Of a DNA stretch of 64,000 nt, positions 1 through 11,160 are shown one piece after another; the stretch's first letter is position 1, and the number at the start of each line of letters is the position of its first letter. The notes below the pieces were generated by a model. That model worked only from the letters and a program-made list of their open reading frames with translations. It did no database searches and was not told the DNA's origin. The stretch covers positions 12,090,001 to 12,154,000 of the forward strand of contig JBHGNT010000022.1 of the NCBI GenBank assembly GCA_043228905.1, in the 5' to 3' direction. This stretch comes from Azolla caroliniana (taxonomy: Eukaryota > Plantae > Polypodiophyta). The translations under genes and the position numbers were made by a program.

Positions 1-347
1 CGATATCCATCGGTAACCCATAAAAACGAAATAACTCGTCAACGAATTGGTAAGCCAATTCAGGAGCTGTTACCATGGTTTTAGTAGCAATAAATCTGGC
101 CATTTTAGTTAGTTGATCAACCACAACCCAGATGGCATCATGGCCTTTTTGGGTGCGAGGAAGGCTAACAATAAAATCCATGGATATACTTTCCCACTTA
201 TTATTGGGAATGTCCAAGGAATGTAAAATTCCTGCGGCTTTAAGTCACTCGGCTTTGTTAACCTCACATTGGTGACATTTAGTCACATAGCTATGTATGT
301 CAAGACGCATCTTAGGCCAATAGAATTGAGTGGAGATGAGAACGAGT

Positions 348-518
348 TGTCGAATACAAGTGTATAATGGACGTATTCACACTATCCCTTTAGGCCATTT
401 GTGTAATTAGCATAAAGGGTAGTTGCCCTAAGTCGGTCACTATATATAGTGACCTTGTAACCTTTTTGTAAGGTTGGATGTTGTATTATTGTTTCTATTG
501 AATAGAAAGTCTTTTGTG

Positions 519-559
<41 letters not shown>

Positions 560-645
560 AACGACCTAGAAACTGTCATACGCAGGTATTCAAACACCAA
601 TCGAATGCTTCTTGATCTTCCGCATAGACGACCTCGTCTCCAACA
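348..645 (+). repeat. 5' LTR of the copia element (298 bp)
   Basis: TGTCGAATAC...CTCCAACA; identical to the 3' LTR except (TC)17 versus (TC)21. Confidence 0.97.
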
Positions 646-647
646 TC

Positions 648-659
648 TGGTATCAGAGC
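648..659 (+). promoter_or_regulatory. Primer-binding site (initiator tRNA-Met)
   Basis: TGGTATCAGAGC, 2 nt after the 5' LTR. Confidence 0.95.
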
Positions 660-1320
660 CTGCACAGTAGTCGGTCCTTCAATCTGCTGTCGGCCGTCGT
701 CTCAGCCTGCACAGCATTCGGTTTCCTGCGTCATTCGAAGAAGAGAGAAGAAGAAGAGAAACGAGGCTTGCATCTCATCGCGTTAGATCATCTTCGCTTG
801 GAGTAAGCCAGCAGGTTGTACTCTGTCCCTTGTGATCGTAACCGCTCGAGGTGAAATCCCCTTGTGCAACATTGACACGATCGTGCTCCACCCGGTTAAA
901 CGGCATCCGAAGAGGTAATCAAACGCCGCTCATTGTAACCACTCGGTGCAGATCGGTCTTAAGACAACAACCCCAAATTCGTGCTTCATCTGGCTGATCG
1001 ACATTCGGGAGGATCAGTTGGATCCGTCTCTCTCGTTGCTGCAGTCAACCGAAGCAGAATCGGTCCAGATAATCGGTTTCAATAATCGGTATTCAGCATA
1101 TATATCCGAAGCGAACCGGGCTCACTCCGACTCGGCAACATTCGGGAAGACCAGTCGGTTCTGTCCCTCAAGCTACCGGAGTCAATTCGAGCAAGTTCCG
1201 AAGCCGAACCGACTCGGGTTCAAATCCGACTAGAACGATATCGGGTGAGCCAACCGGCTGCACTCCAACAAGGTTCGTAGTCAACTCCGAACCGAGCTCC
1301 GTCAACCGAAACCAAATTTG

Positions 1321-2196
1321 ATGGCATCAACATCCGGCTCGTCAGAAATGAGTCTACGCAAGTTCGATGGATCGAACTTCAACTTCTGGAAGGAACAAAT
1401 GCAGGACTATCTCATAGTCAAGGGGCAAATCGATCCCATCGAAAATGAAGAACCTCCAGAAGGATACAAACCAATTGAGTGGCAGAAGCTGGACAGAATC
1501 GTCCGCGCCACGATTCGGATGCACCTATCGGAATCGGTATACTTTACGGTGCAATCGTGTACGACAGCATTCGAACTGTGGAAAACACTGTCGGACACTT
1601 ACGAAAAGAAGGTCGCCGCAACAAAGATGTTTCTGATCCGGCGCCTCTACAACTTGCGGATGAAAGAATCCGACTCGGTTCAAGCACACCTCAATGAGTA
1701 CGAAAGCATAAGCTCCCAAATCTCGTCACAGGGGACGGCAATCGAGGATGAACTCAGAGCAATGATACTCATGAGTAGCCTTCCCTCATCATGGGAAACT
1801 TTCGTCACAACCGTGTGCAACGCGTCAACCACGGCTGTTAAATACTCCGAAGTCACGAGCGCAATCCTGACCGAAGCAGCTCGGAGAAAGTCTTTCGCCA
1901 AAGACTCAACAGACGACGCTTACGTAGTACAAGGTTCGACAGACCGATCGAACATACGAGGAAGAGATTCCTCACGGCCGCCGAACAATCAGCGAAGACG
2001 GAGCCAGTCACGGGATAACCGAATCTGCAACTATTGCAAGAAACCCGGACACATCAAAGCCGACTGCCGCGCACTCAAGAACAAGAACAACAAGAAGAGT
2101 GGCCGGCATGAGGAGATCAATTACGTCAGCTTCTCAGCTGATGTGCTACCAGACGACCCGAATATACTATCAATCGAAAATCCAGTCGGATCATAA
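1321..2196 (+). CDS. gag: Copia Gag (UBN2-type gag plus CCHC zinc knuckle)
   Basis: KFDGSNFNFWK start, LMSSLPSSWETF, CNYCKKPGHIKADC; ends at TAA 2194-2196. Confidence 0.93.
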   Translation: MASTSGSSEMSLRKFDGSNFNFWKEQMQDYLIVKGQIDPIENEEPPEGYKPIEWQKLDRIVRATIRMHLSESVYFTVQSCTTAFELWKTLSDTYEKKVAATKMFLIRRLYNLRMKESDSVQAHLNEYESISSQISSQGTAIEDELRAMILMSSLPSSWETFVTTVCNASTTAVKYSEVTSAILTEAARRKSFAKDSTDDAYVVQGSTDRSNIRGRDSSRPPNNQRRRSQSRDNRICNYCKKPGHIKADCRALKNKNNKKSGRHEEINYVSFSADVLPDDPNILSIENPVGS

Positions 2197-5100
2197 GTCC
2201 TACTCACGACTGAAGAGTCGAGCACATGGCTCTTAGATTCGGGCGCGTCATTTCACGTGACTCCTCATCGATCCCAATTTCGGCAATATACGATCCGTCA
2301 CTCCGACTCAGTTCGAGTCGGCAACTCACAACACTGTGACATCATCGGAATCGGCACAGTAGAGCTCAACCTTGCAGGTGGCTCTACACTTGTACTCCAC
2401 AACGTCCGACATGTACCCGAGCTCTCAAGGCCATTGATCTCAGTCGGACAACTAGATGAAGACGGCATTCGTGCCGGTTTTTCTTCGGGAGGGTGGACAC
2501 TCCACAGGGGGAACCTCCTGCTTGCTAGAGGACCCAAGATACACTCACTGTATCCGTTACATGTTACGCTCAGAGAGGGTAACCTGTTTTTGGTGGATAT
2601 TCCTGTGTCATCACTATGGCACAGAAGATTAGGACACCTCAGCAAGGCCGGCATTACGCATCTATCTAGAGCCGGATACATCCCTAAACTATCCTTCTCC
2701 GACCATCAATTCTGCGAGCATTGCCAGTATGGCAAACAAGCAGCCGCATCACACCCGACATCAGCACCAAGAGAAACGAGACCTCTCGATTTGGTCCATT
2801 CGGACGTCTGTGGCCCAATGCCGCATCAGTCTCTAGGCGGTGCCTCTTACTTCGTCACTTTTATTGACGATTCGACTCGAAAGGTGTGGGCTTATCCGAT
2901 TCGCACCAAAGATCGGGTCTTCTCGATCTTCTCAGATTGGCTCGCTATGGTAGAAAATCAAACCGACCGAAAACTGAAATGCTTTCGGACCGACAATGGG
3001 GGAGAGTTCAAATCCGAAGAATTCGTCAAATTCTGCCGACAACGCGGCATCCGACGTGAGTTTACGGCACCACACAGTCCGGAGCAAAACGGGATTGCAG
3101 AACGAATGAATCGGACAATCCAAGAAAGGATAGTTTCCATGCTCCAACACTCCGGACTATCGGATGGCTTCTGGGCAGAGGCTCTACTCACGGCAGTACA
3201 CATAATCAATATGTCGCCAAGTAGACCTCTAGGACTTCAAATTCCTCAGGAACTATGGATCGGCAGTAAGCCGAATTACGACAAGCTGAGGATCTTCGGA
3301 TGCGAGGCGTACGCCCTTATTCCGAAAGATGATCGCCGAAAACTTGCACCTCGGTCCAGGAAATGCATTTTCCTCGGATATGGATCCGACGGCGAAATGG
3401 GATACCGACTTTGGGATCCCGAACGCAGACAAATCGTCCGAAGTTCGGACATTGTGTTCAACGAGTCGGCTATGAATCCATCAGTCGAAAAACCGATCGA
3501 AGTCCGAAGGGTAACATTTTCCGATGTGCCGACCCTTCAAGAAGGCCCCGCTCTCAACACACGGTCAGCTTCACGGGTAGCTGAACCTTACACTACCGAC
3601 TCGGACAACTCCGACTCGGCACAGCAGAACAATCCGCTTTCGGACCATCCGACCTCGATACCCGATGCGACCAGTCCAATCATACCTCGACGATCCGAGA
3701 GACTGTCGCAACCTCCGGAGAGGTATTCTCCTGGAATTTTCTTCACCGACGCCGGCGAACCGACGTCTTACGAAGAAGCATCGACATCTGTCGATTCCGC
3801 CACCTGGCATCTGGCGATGGAGTCGGAAATGCACTCCATTCGGGCAAACAAGACTTGGGATCTGGTCGAATTACCTAGGAACCGACGTGCTCTTCCTTGC
3901 AAGTGGGTTTATCGACTAAAAGAGACGTCTGATTCGACCACCCCAAAGTACAAGGCCAGATTAGTTGCGAAGGGCTTCCGACAAGAATATGGCGTCGACT
4001 TCGACGAGATTTTTTCACCAGTGGTGAAAATGACAACCCTTCGTTTTCTACTCGGCGTAGTGGCAGCCGACAACCTGGAGCTGATTCAGCTAGATGTCAA
4101 AACAGCATTCCTCCATGGTGATCTTGAAGAGGAAATTTATATGGAGCAGCCAAAAGGCTTCGTTGCTACTGGCCAAGAACATCTAGTCTGCCGACTCAGG
4201 AAGAGTCTATACGGCCTCAAACAGGCACCACGACAATGGTACAAGAAGTTCGACGACTTCATCCAATCGATCGGCTTCTCCAAAAGCGATGAGGACCATT
4301 GTCTCTTCACCAACACAGCTCAAGATGGATCACCCATCTTCCTCATCATTTACGTGGACGACATGCTAATTTCTGGACGCCACGCGGGCGAACTTGCCGA
4401 TCTCATTCGGCAACTGCGGTTGAAGTTTGCCATGAAGGACCTCGGTCCGGCACGACACATACTCGGCATGAAGATTAGTCGGCATCGCGATAAACGACAT
4501 CTTTTTTTGTCTCAGACCGACTATATCCGACGTGTCTTGGAACGCTTCAACATGCAATCAGCCAAATCTGCTTCAACCCCGCTCCCAATGAATCTTCGGC
4601 TCTCTCAGCGAGACTGCCCGACATCCGGCCCGGAGGGGGAAGATATGAAGTCGGTACCGTATGCACCGGCAGTCGGCTCCCTTATGTACCTGATGGTCGC
4701 GACACGGCCTGATATTTCTCATGCCGTAGGAGTCGTTAGCAGATTTATGCACAATCCTGGCCGATCGCATTGGAACGCAGTCAAGCATGTGTTCAGATAT
4801 CTGGCTGGCACAAAAGACCATGGCATTCTTTTCGGTCCGAACCGAACCTCAGGCGTAGTCGGTTACACCGACTCGGACTTCGCCGGCTGTATAGACAGTC
4901 GGAAATCAACAACCGGATACTGCTTCAAATTCGGCAATGGAGCAATTTCGTGGAAGTCGAAACTTCAGGAGTGCACAGCGACCTCAACGACCGAAGCAGA
5001 ATATGTAGCTGCGTCCGACGCAGCAAAAGAAGCCTTATGGCTCGGTCGGCTGGCGCACACGTTTCGGCAAGTCGATCATGACTCGGCCCCAGTTGTCTAT

Positions 5101-5334
5101 AGCGACAGTCAAGGTGTTGTTGCCTTGTCGAAAAATCCGGTTCACCACAACGCCTCCAAACATATCGACGTTCGATATCACTTCGTTCGGGACTGCGTCA
5201 TCTCAGGGAAAATCGGTCTAGAGAAAATATCCACAACCAACAATGTCGCAGATGGAATGACCAAGTGTCTTTCGGCAGACCGCTTTCGGTCTCTTCGGCA
5301 TCAGATGGGCGTAACGACAAACCAGTCCGGTTAG
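2197..5334 (+). CDS. pol: Copia Pol (protease, GAG-pre-integrase, integrase, RT, RNase H), in the same frame as gag
   Basis: WLLDSGASFH protease, WHRRLGH, VHSDVCGP...TDNGGEF integrase, QLDVKTAFLHG and YVDDML RT, YTDSDFAG...SKHIDVRYHF RNase H; no internal stops. Confidence 0.96.
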   Translation, partial: VLLTTEESSTWLLDSGASFHVTPHRSQFRQYTIRHSDSVRVGNSQHCDIIGIGTVELNLAGGSTLVLHNVRHVPELSRPLISVGQLDEDGIRAGFSSGGWTLHRGNLLLARGPKIHSLYPLHVTLREGNLFLVDIPVSSLWHRRLGHLSKAGITHLSRAGYIPKLSFSDHQFCEHCQYGKQAAASHPTSAPRETRPLDLVHSDVCGPMPHQSLGGASYFVTFIDDSTRKVWAYPIRTKDRVFSIFSDWLAMVENQTDRKLKCFRTDNGGEFKSEEFVKFCRQRGIRREFTAPHSPEQNGIAERMNRTIQERIVSMLQHSGLSDGFWAEALLTAVHIINMSPSRPLGLQIPQELWIGSKPNYDKLRIFGCEAYALIPKDDRRKLAPRSRKCIFLGYGSDGEMGYRLWDPERRQIVRSSDIVFNESAMNPSVEKPIEVRRVTFSDVPTLQEGPALNTRSASRVAEPYTTDSDNSDSAQQNNPLSDHPTSIPDATSPIIPRRSERLSQPPERYSPGIFFTDAGEPTSYEEASTSVDSATWHLAMESEMHSIRANKTWDLVELPRNRRALPCKWVYRLKETSDSTTPKYKARLVAKGFRQEYGVDFDEIFSPVVKMTTLRFLLGVVAADNLELIQLDVKTAFLHGDLEEEIYMEQPKGFVATGQEHLVCRLRKSLYGLKQAPRQWYKKFDDFIQSIGFSKSDEDHCLFTNTAQDGSPIFLIIYVDDMLISGRHAGELADLIRQLRLKFAMKDLGPARHILGMKISRHRDKRHLFLSQTDYIRRVLERFNMQSAKSASTPLPMNLRLSQRDCPTSGPEGEDMKSVPYAPAVGSLMYLMVATRPDISHAVGVVSRFMHNPGRSHWNAVKHVFRYLAGTKDHGILFGPNRTSGVVGYTDSDFAGCIDSRKSTTGYCFKFGNGAISWKSKLQECTATSTTEAEYVAASDAAKEALWLGRLAHTFRQVDHDSAPVVYSDSQGVVALSKNPVHHNASKHIDVRYHFVRDCVISGKIGLEKISTTNNVADGMTKCLSADRFRSLRHQMGVTTNQSG

Positions 5335-5520
5335 AGCCGGACACAGAGCAGGATGGTTCCCGACAACCGACATCAGTTCCTTAATGATCAGCTTCAACTG
5401 TTCCGACCCGACCAGTTCGGTCTTCTGCCTTCGGACCCTGCCGACTCGAACAAAGCTGATATGTCCGAGAACTTAAGTCTATACCTGTAATCTTAGATAA
5501 CCCATGTATACGCCCATTAC

Positions 5521-5527
5521 GGGGGAG
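5521..5527 (+). promoter_or_regulatory. Polypurine tract of the copia element
   Basis: GGGGGAG immediately before the 3' LTR. Confidence 0.85.
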
Positions 5528-5698
5528 TGTCGAATACAAGTGTATAATGGACGTATTCACACTATCCCTTTAGGCCATTTGTGTAATTAGCATAAAGGGT
5601 AGTTGCCCTAAGTCGGTCACTATATATAGTGACCTTGTAACCTTTTTGTAAGGTTGGATGTTGTATTATTGTTTCTATTGAATAGAAAGTCTTTTGTG

Positions 5699-5747
<49 letters not shown>

Positions 5748-5833
5748 AACGACCTAGAAACTGTCATACGCAGGTATTCAAACACCAATCGAATGCTTCT
5801 TGATCTTCCGCATAGACGACCTCGTCTCCAACA
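5528..5833 (+). repeat. 3' LTR of the copia element (306 bp)
   Basis: Direct repeat of 348-645. Confidence 0.97.
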
Positions 5834-6000
5834 CGAGTGTGCGATGTATTCCAGGGTGCCTTGTTGAGGGTGCATCATGGCATTAAAAAAGAATCCTCTT
5901 TTTGACCTCAGGAAAATCTAGAACACAAACCTTCCCATTACGGTAGAGCAGACCGTTAGCTATGTGGAAGTATTCCTTCGAGGATGTGGTGGTGTCTGTT

Positions 6001-6022
6001 CCTAAACCCTAAACCCTAAACC
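6001..6022 (-). repeat. Short interstitial telomeric repeat, about (TTTAGGG)3
   Basis: CCTAAACCCTAAACCCTAAACC at the junction between RT and the pre-integrase linker. Confidence 0.85.
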
Positions 6023-6915
6023 AGGTCCTTGAGTTCCTTAAAGGCGAGGTCTAGTGTAGCATTCCACACAATAGGTTTTGTAGACTTACGTGTTTGACCT
6101 TTTAGAAGATTAGTAAACGGCGTTGTCAATTGGGAGTAATTACGAAGGGATTTTCGCAAAAACCTGACAAAACCAAGGAATGATCGAACTTCTCAAATAT
6201 TCTGAAGAGTGGGCCAAAGCTTGATTTTCTCGATGCGAGAAGGATCAATTTCAACTCGTCATTCGGTTATGAGATGTCCAAGATAAGTAATTGATTTCTT
6301 GAAGAACTCACATTTTGAGATGTTCGCGTAAAACTGTTTGTCACGCAATGTTTGTAAAACAAAGCGAACATGTTTAGCATGTTCTTGTAATGTACGGCTA
6401 TAAACTAAAATATCATCCAAGAAAATAACGACAAATTTTCCAAGTTTTTCTCGGAAAATGTCATTCATTTCTTGTTGAAATGTAGCCGGAGCATTGGTCA
6501 AACCAAAAGGCATAACCAAAAACTCATAATGGCCATAGTACGGAGATCAAGTTTCGTAAAATACCGGGCTCCCTGGAGACGGTGTCGCGAAAATACGACG
6601 AGGATATGTGAACTTGAGGCAGGACCCCGGGGCCTCTGACCGGAAGATATCAAATACGTATGTTTATATTAAACAATTAATGGAAAATGAGAAAGATTGA
6701 CAAATTTCATTAATAAATAGAAAAGAAAGATTACAATTAATCCCAAGATCGGAATTATAAAAGTTTAGCTTATGGAGATTACTAGATTAATAGATTTGAA
6801 GAAACTAAATATGGATTCAAAAGAAATTTAGGGTCTTTGGCTTTGATAAGAGATTATGGTTTATGAGTTCAATAGCTTCCGTATGGAAAATTAGGGTTTT
6901 TGGCTTCCGTAAAGC

Positions 6916-7405
6916 TGTGTTAAGAGTTTGCATCTGTAGACATATGTATCAAAGTAGTGACACTCATCACTCATCTTCTCACTGTCACATGTTTGCATAA
7001 CAAATAAACCAAAACAATGTCACGATGAGGGTAAACAATAACTTAACAATCCTATCAATTACAGACAACAACCTAGATACAATAAACTTATTGTTAGTAC
7101 TAAAGTTGTGTTAAGAGTTTGCATCCGTAGACATATGTATCAAAGTAGTGACACTCATCTTCTCACTGTCACATGTTTGCATAACAAGTAAACCAAAACA
7201 ATGTCACGATGAGGGTAAACAATAACTTAACATTCTTATCAATTACATACAACAACCTAGATACAATAAACTTATCGTTAGGACTAAAGTTGTGTCACCA
7301 TGACATGTGTGCATAACAAGTAAATTAAAACTGTGTCAAGATGATGGTAATCAATGACTTAGCATTCCTATAAAATAAAACGATCAATATACAATAAACT
7401 TTGGT
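6916..7405. repeat. ~190-bp tandem repeat, about 2.5 copies
   Basis: GTGTTAAGAGTTTGCATCYGTAGACATATGTATCAAAGTAGTGACACTCATC recurs at ~6917 and ~7108; diverged partial third copy. Confidence 0.85.
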
Positions 7406-7406
7406 T

Positions 7407-10400
7407 TTAGTTATTTCTAGATCTTGTAATGCGCCTATTTTTTGTTTCATTCTTCTCAGATTTCACACCCTTCTTCATCTTAAAACCACGAGGTAGTAAA
7501 CTACTTAGTGGCAACTCATCATCGGAGGGTGAAGCCAAGCTGGAGGGAACAATGTGCTCTGTTGCAACTGCCTGAGATGCACACACTTCCAAGAAGATGC
7601 GGTCGATAGTCTTACCAGAAATCTCCTGGAGGTCATTGGACGTGTCATTCTTCAACTTTTCTGGCTCCACTACCACATTATTAGGAGTACTAACATGTTC
7701 CTCATCTTGGGTAGTTTCCACTACCACATTATTAGGAGTACAAACATGTTCCTCTCCTTGGGTAGACACCACTACCACATTATTAGAGTGCTCCAAGTGC
7801 AAGCTACTTGCAATATTTTGGACAGACACCTCATTTGTAGTACCACACTCTCCTTCTTGGGTAGTTGCAGGGGTCTCCTTAATGTTACATCCTTGCCCTA
7901 GATTAAGGTTGCTTGTGGTGTTTTGGACACACACCTCATTCTCTCCTTGGGTCATTGTCACATTCTCTGTAGACTCCATTGAAAAGTTGCTTGTCACCTC
8001 TGGCTTTTCACACTCCAGCTCCTCTTTTTGACTGATCTCACATTCCTCATGTGTGTTAGCATCTGAGCTAGAATAATCAAGATTGCTCCATAAAGTGCAT
8101 GAATCATCTGATGGTATTTGTGAATCTACATGCTCTTCTACTCCTAAATAATAGTAAAGTGATCCAAGAACAATATCAATTCACATTCTAAAAAAGTGAA
8201 GGCACCTAGGATAATGATTAAGGTTAAGGGACAAATGTTTACCTACTGTTACATCGTCATTGTTGCTTGGGATGATCCCAGTTTCAACTTGGGGCTCTTC
8301 ATCATGCCCTATGTATTAATACACATGTACATTATTGTCACGTGAAGTAATATGCTACCAACATGTACCTGGCAGTGAGATAAATTCTTCTTCATATTGT
8401 GGCTCTGAATCTATAACTCCATTTTCATTACTCTTTTCTTCCTTGTCTAAAAACAAAAGTATGCAATATTAGTCTAACACATCAAGATGACAACAACCAC
8501 AAGTTTGTGAGAATTTGTATTACCCACCACAACAATCAACTTTGCATTTTTTCCCCTTTCTATACAATTTCCTTGCAGCATTACGCTTCTTTGTAGGCTC
8601 TTTCATAGAAACATAATAAATTAGTAGTATACCAACATTTCAGAATTTAGAAAGGCAAACACAATTAGCATTACCATTCACAGAGTCAGGGCGTGCCGAG
8701 CTAGGAGATTTTGTTTCAAGAATCACATCTTCAATTGTTCCAATGGCCTTTCTCATACATTCATCTTCATCATAAACTTCATCAGGTACCACTAAGGAAC
8801 GACCGTGGACTTTGGAATTTGCAGCAGACTCTGTACGTAGTAATGCGGGGCCTGGTTTGTCAATTACCTTCCCTGGTGTGGTGTTGCTAGAAACTACAAC
8901 ATTCATATTATAAGCATACATATTATAAGAGTACATATTATAACATGAGTCCAAAATAACAAATATAGTACTAATCCACCTAGACATGCATATTTCATCT
9001 GGATCCGAACAATGTTAGTACTAAAAAGCCAACACATTCATGCCTATTTGTTCGGTCATGCAAAGCCTAATTCAAGTGGACACAAAAAGTACAATGCAAT
9101 AAGCAATGTTAGTACTAATACAAGTTATACAACTAAACATTTAGGACCCTCCGTACCAAATGATCAATACTGAATCAATTGATCATAAAGGAATATAATG
9201 TATTAAGTAATGTTAGTACTTAATCAACATCTTAGGAACTTAAAGGATTAGTTAGTACTAAGCCACCTAGACACACATATTTCATCTGGTAATGAACAAT
9301 GTTAGTACTAAAAAGCAAAGACCTTCATGCCTATTTGTTCGGTTATGCAAAGCCTAAGTCAAGTGGACTCAAAAAGTATTGTTAGTACTTAATCAACATC
9401 TTAGGATCTTAAAGGAATAGTATTGAACCACTTGGACATGCATATTTCTGATGGTAATGAGCAATGTTAGTACTAAACAACCAAGACCGACATGCTTATT
9501 TGTTTGGTTATGGAAAGCCTAGGTAAAGTGGACACAAAAAGTACAATGCAATTAACCAATGTTAATACTAATACGAGTTATACAACTAAACATTTAAGAC
9601 TCTTCGTACTAAATAATCAATACTGAATGAAATGATCACGAAGTAATACAATGGAATAAGCATTGTTAGTACTTAATCATGCAAAGCAAAAATGCAATAA
9701 ACAATGTTAATACTAATACAAGTTATACAACTAAACATTTAAGACATTTAGTACTAAATAATCTGCACTAAATCGATTGATCATCCTGGATCCAACTGTA
9801 AGAACAGAACCAAAAGTAAAATTATAAAATCATAGTATAAAAATTACATAATGCTTAATCACGTACCATAGGAGTGTACTTTTAAACCCCAAGCTAGGTA
9901 CCATTCGGCTCCAACTGTACTTTTACAGTCCAAACATATATTTTCTTTCTCGAAATGGTACTTAGCACATAACAAATGATATGTGTGCAAGCATGGTGTA
10001 ATGATAGCATCCATAGACTCAAGCTGGAATCCAAGGCCACAGAATAAACACCTTCAGTAACGAGACAGAACATACACTATATTAGTACCAATGATATTTT
10101 ATACCATAGAAGGTCAAAAAGGAGAAATATAAACCATTACCGTGATATAGTAATGCTTCTATTTGTACTTTCCATGCAAGCGGGGTGCTCAACTACGTCT
10201 GGACATAGAGTATCTAAACCTTTTTCTTTTAGACCCTTCATCAAACATGTTAGATTCTTTGAATGCAGCTTTAAGGCTGATAATTGCTCATCAATTTCAT
10301 TACGAGAAGACCGCCATGTCTCTAGAACTTTTTTCTGTGCTTCTAGATGAGTGCCCATACTTGTGAGATCCTTCTTCAATTCCTCTTTTAACACATCACT

Positions 10401-11160
10401 TTTCAAAATTTTGGATTGTTGAAGCAATCCATTCGTATGTAATCGACCTAGATGTGAATTGTTTCTCTACTGCCATCTCACCAGATGAAACTTCTTCCAA
10501 ATCGGCCAGCAGTGCTTGCATTTTTGTTTGCATCGAAGCTATACAGCGCAACAATCGCTCTTTATGTTTTTCAGTTAGTGTGGCTTTCTGTTTTGCAATT
10601 TGTTGAGTCAACATAGATGTCCAAGTTGGGATTTCAATATGAGAGGTACCCTCAAACTTCATGGTAGTGTTGGTACTTGAGGACCCTCTATAATGTGATG
10701 ATCAATGATGAGCAAAATCTTCCCAATCAACTTCAATGCCACCATAGAGTTCACATGCAAATGCACGTGCAAAGACAGATCCTACCTCATTGTTTAGGAT
10801 ATGTTTCGTATCATAAACTTGTTCATATCGTGACTTTAGTTTTGTGATATAATCCTTCTTCAATTGAGTGAGGTGGAAACCTCTCCGTGACTCGGGTTGT
10901 GATGAGCCCCAAGTTTGCTTCATCCACATGTCTACGTCTTCATAATTGTCAGGTTGTGCACGAAGGAAATAACCCCATCCCAATTTTGAACCTCGAAGGA
11001 TGTTTGTGTGAACCTTTTTGCCCTGAGTTGCTGAAAACCCTGACCTCCCTTTGGCGGGGGTCATCTTACTTTCTTTGATGGGGGTCCTTTTTCTTTCCTG
11101 GTATGGTGTGATGAAATTTTCGATGACCATTTTCTTCTTTGTGGGTGTCTTCCTTGTCAT
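7407..11160 (-). pseudogene. Transposon accessory gene (spliced): N-terminal GIEVDW domain, coiled coil, RING-H2 finger, acidic low-complexity tail
   Basis: ORFs 10702-11160 and 10396-10662 are in one frame, separated by a TGA. A frameshift near 10430 follows. Intron 10052-10140 splices SITISR in frame to CLFC...CLHTYHLLC...CLDC (exon 9867-10051). Later exons appear in ORFs 8640-8987 and 7407-7997; their exact boundaries are not resolved. Confidence 0.7.
8966..9790. repeat. Degenerate tandem repeat array rich in the palindrome TTAGTACTAA (intronic)
   Basis: The unit CCACCTAGACA..CATATTTCATCTGG...AATGTTAGTACTAAA...TGCCTATTTGTTCGG..ATGCAAAGCCTAA recurs at ~8967, ~9253 and ~9418. Confidence 0.8.

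Larger units (their letters stand above)
348..5833 (+). mobile_element. Full-length Ty1/copia LTR retrotransposon, very recent insertion
   Basis: TG...CA LTRs at 348-645 and 5528-5833; 5-bp TSD CGAGT at 343-347 and 5834-5838; PBS and PPT present; domain order gag-PR-INT-RT-RNaseH. Confidence 0.98.
1..6537 (-). mobile_element. Degraded Ty3/gypsy (chromovirus-like) pol remnant: RT 6023-6537, integrase 5834-6000 plus 1-347; split by the copia insertion
   Basis: Minus-strand translation gives [23 protein letters not shown]...FLDDILVYS. The integrase Zn finger CHDAPSTRHPGIHRTL joins across the copia TSD to LVLISTQFYWPKM...CHQC...WESISMDFIVSLPRTQKGHDAIWVVVDQLTKMARF. In-frame stops are present. Confidence 0.92.

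Noticed and set aside
612-1233. ORFs in the copia leader
   Set aside because: Non-ATG starts, no recognisable domain, and one overlaps the LTR/PBS.
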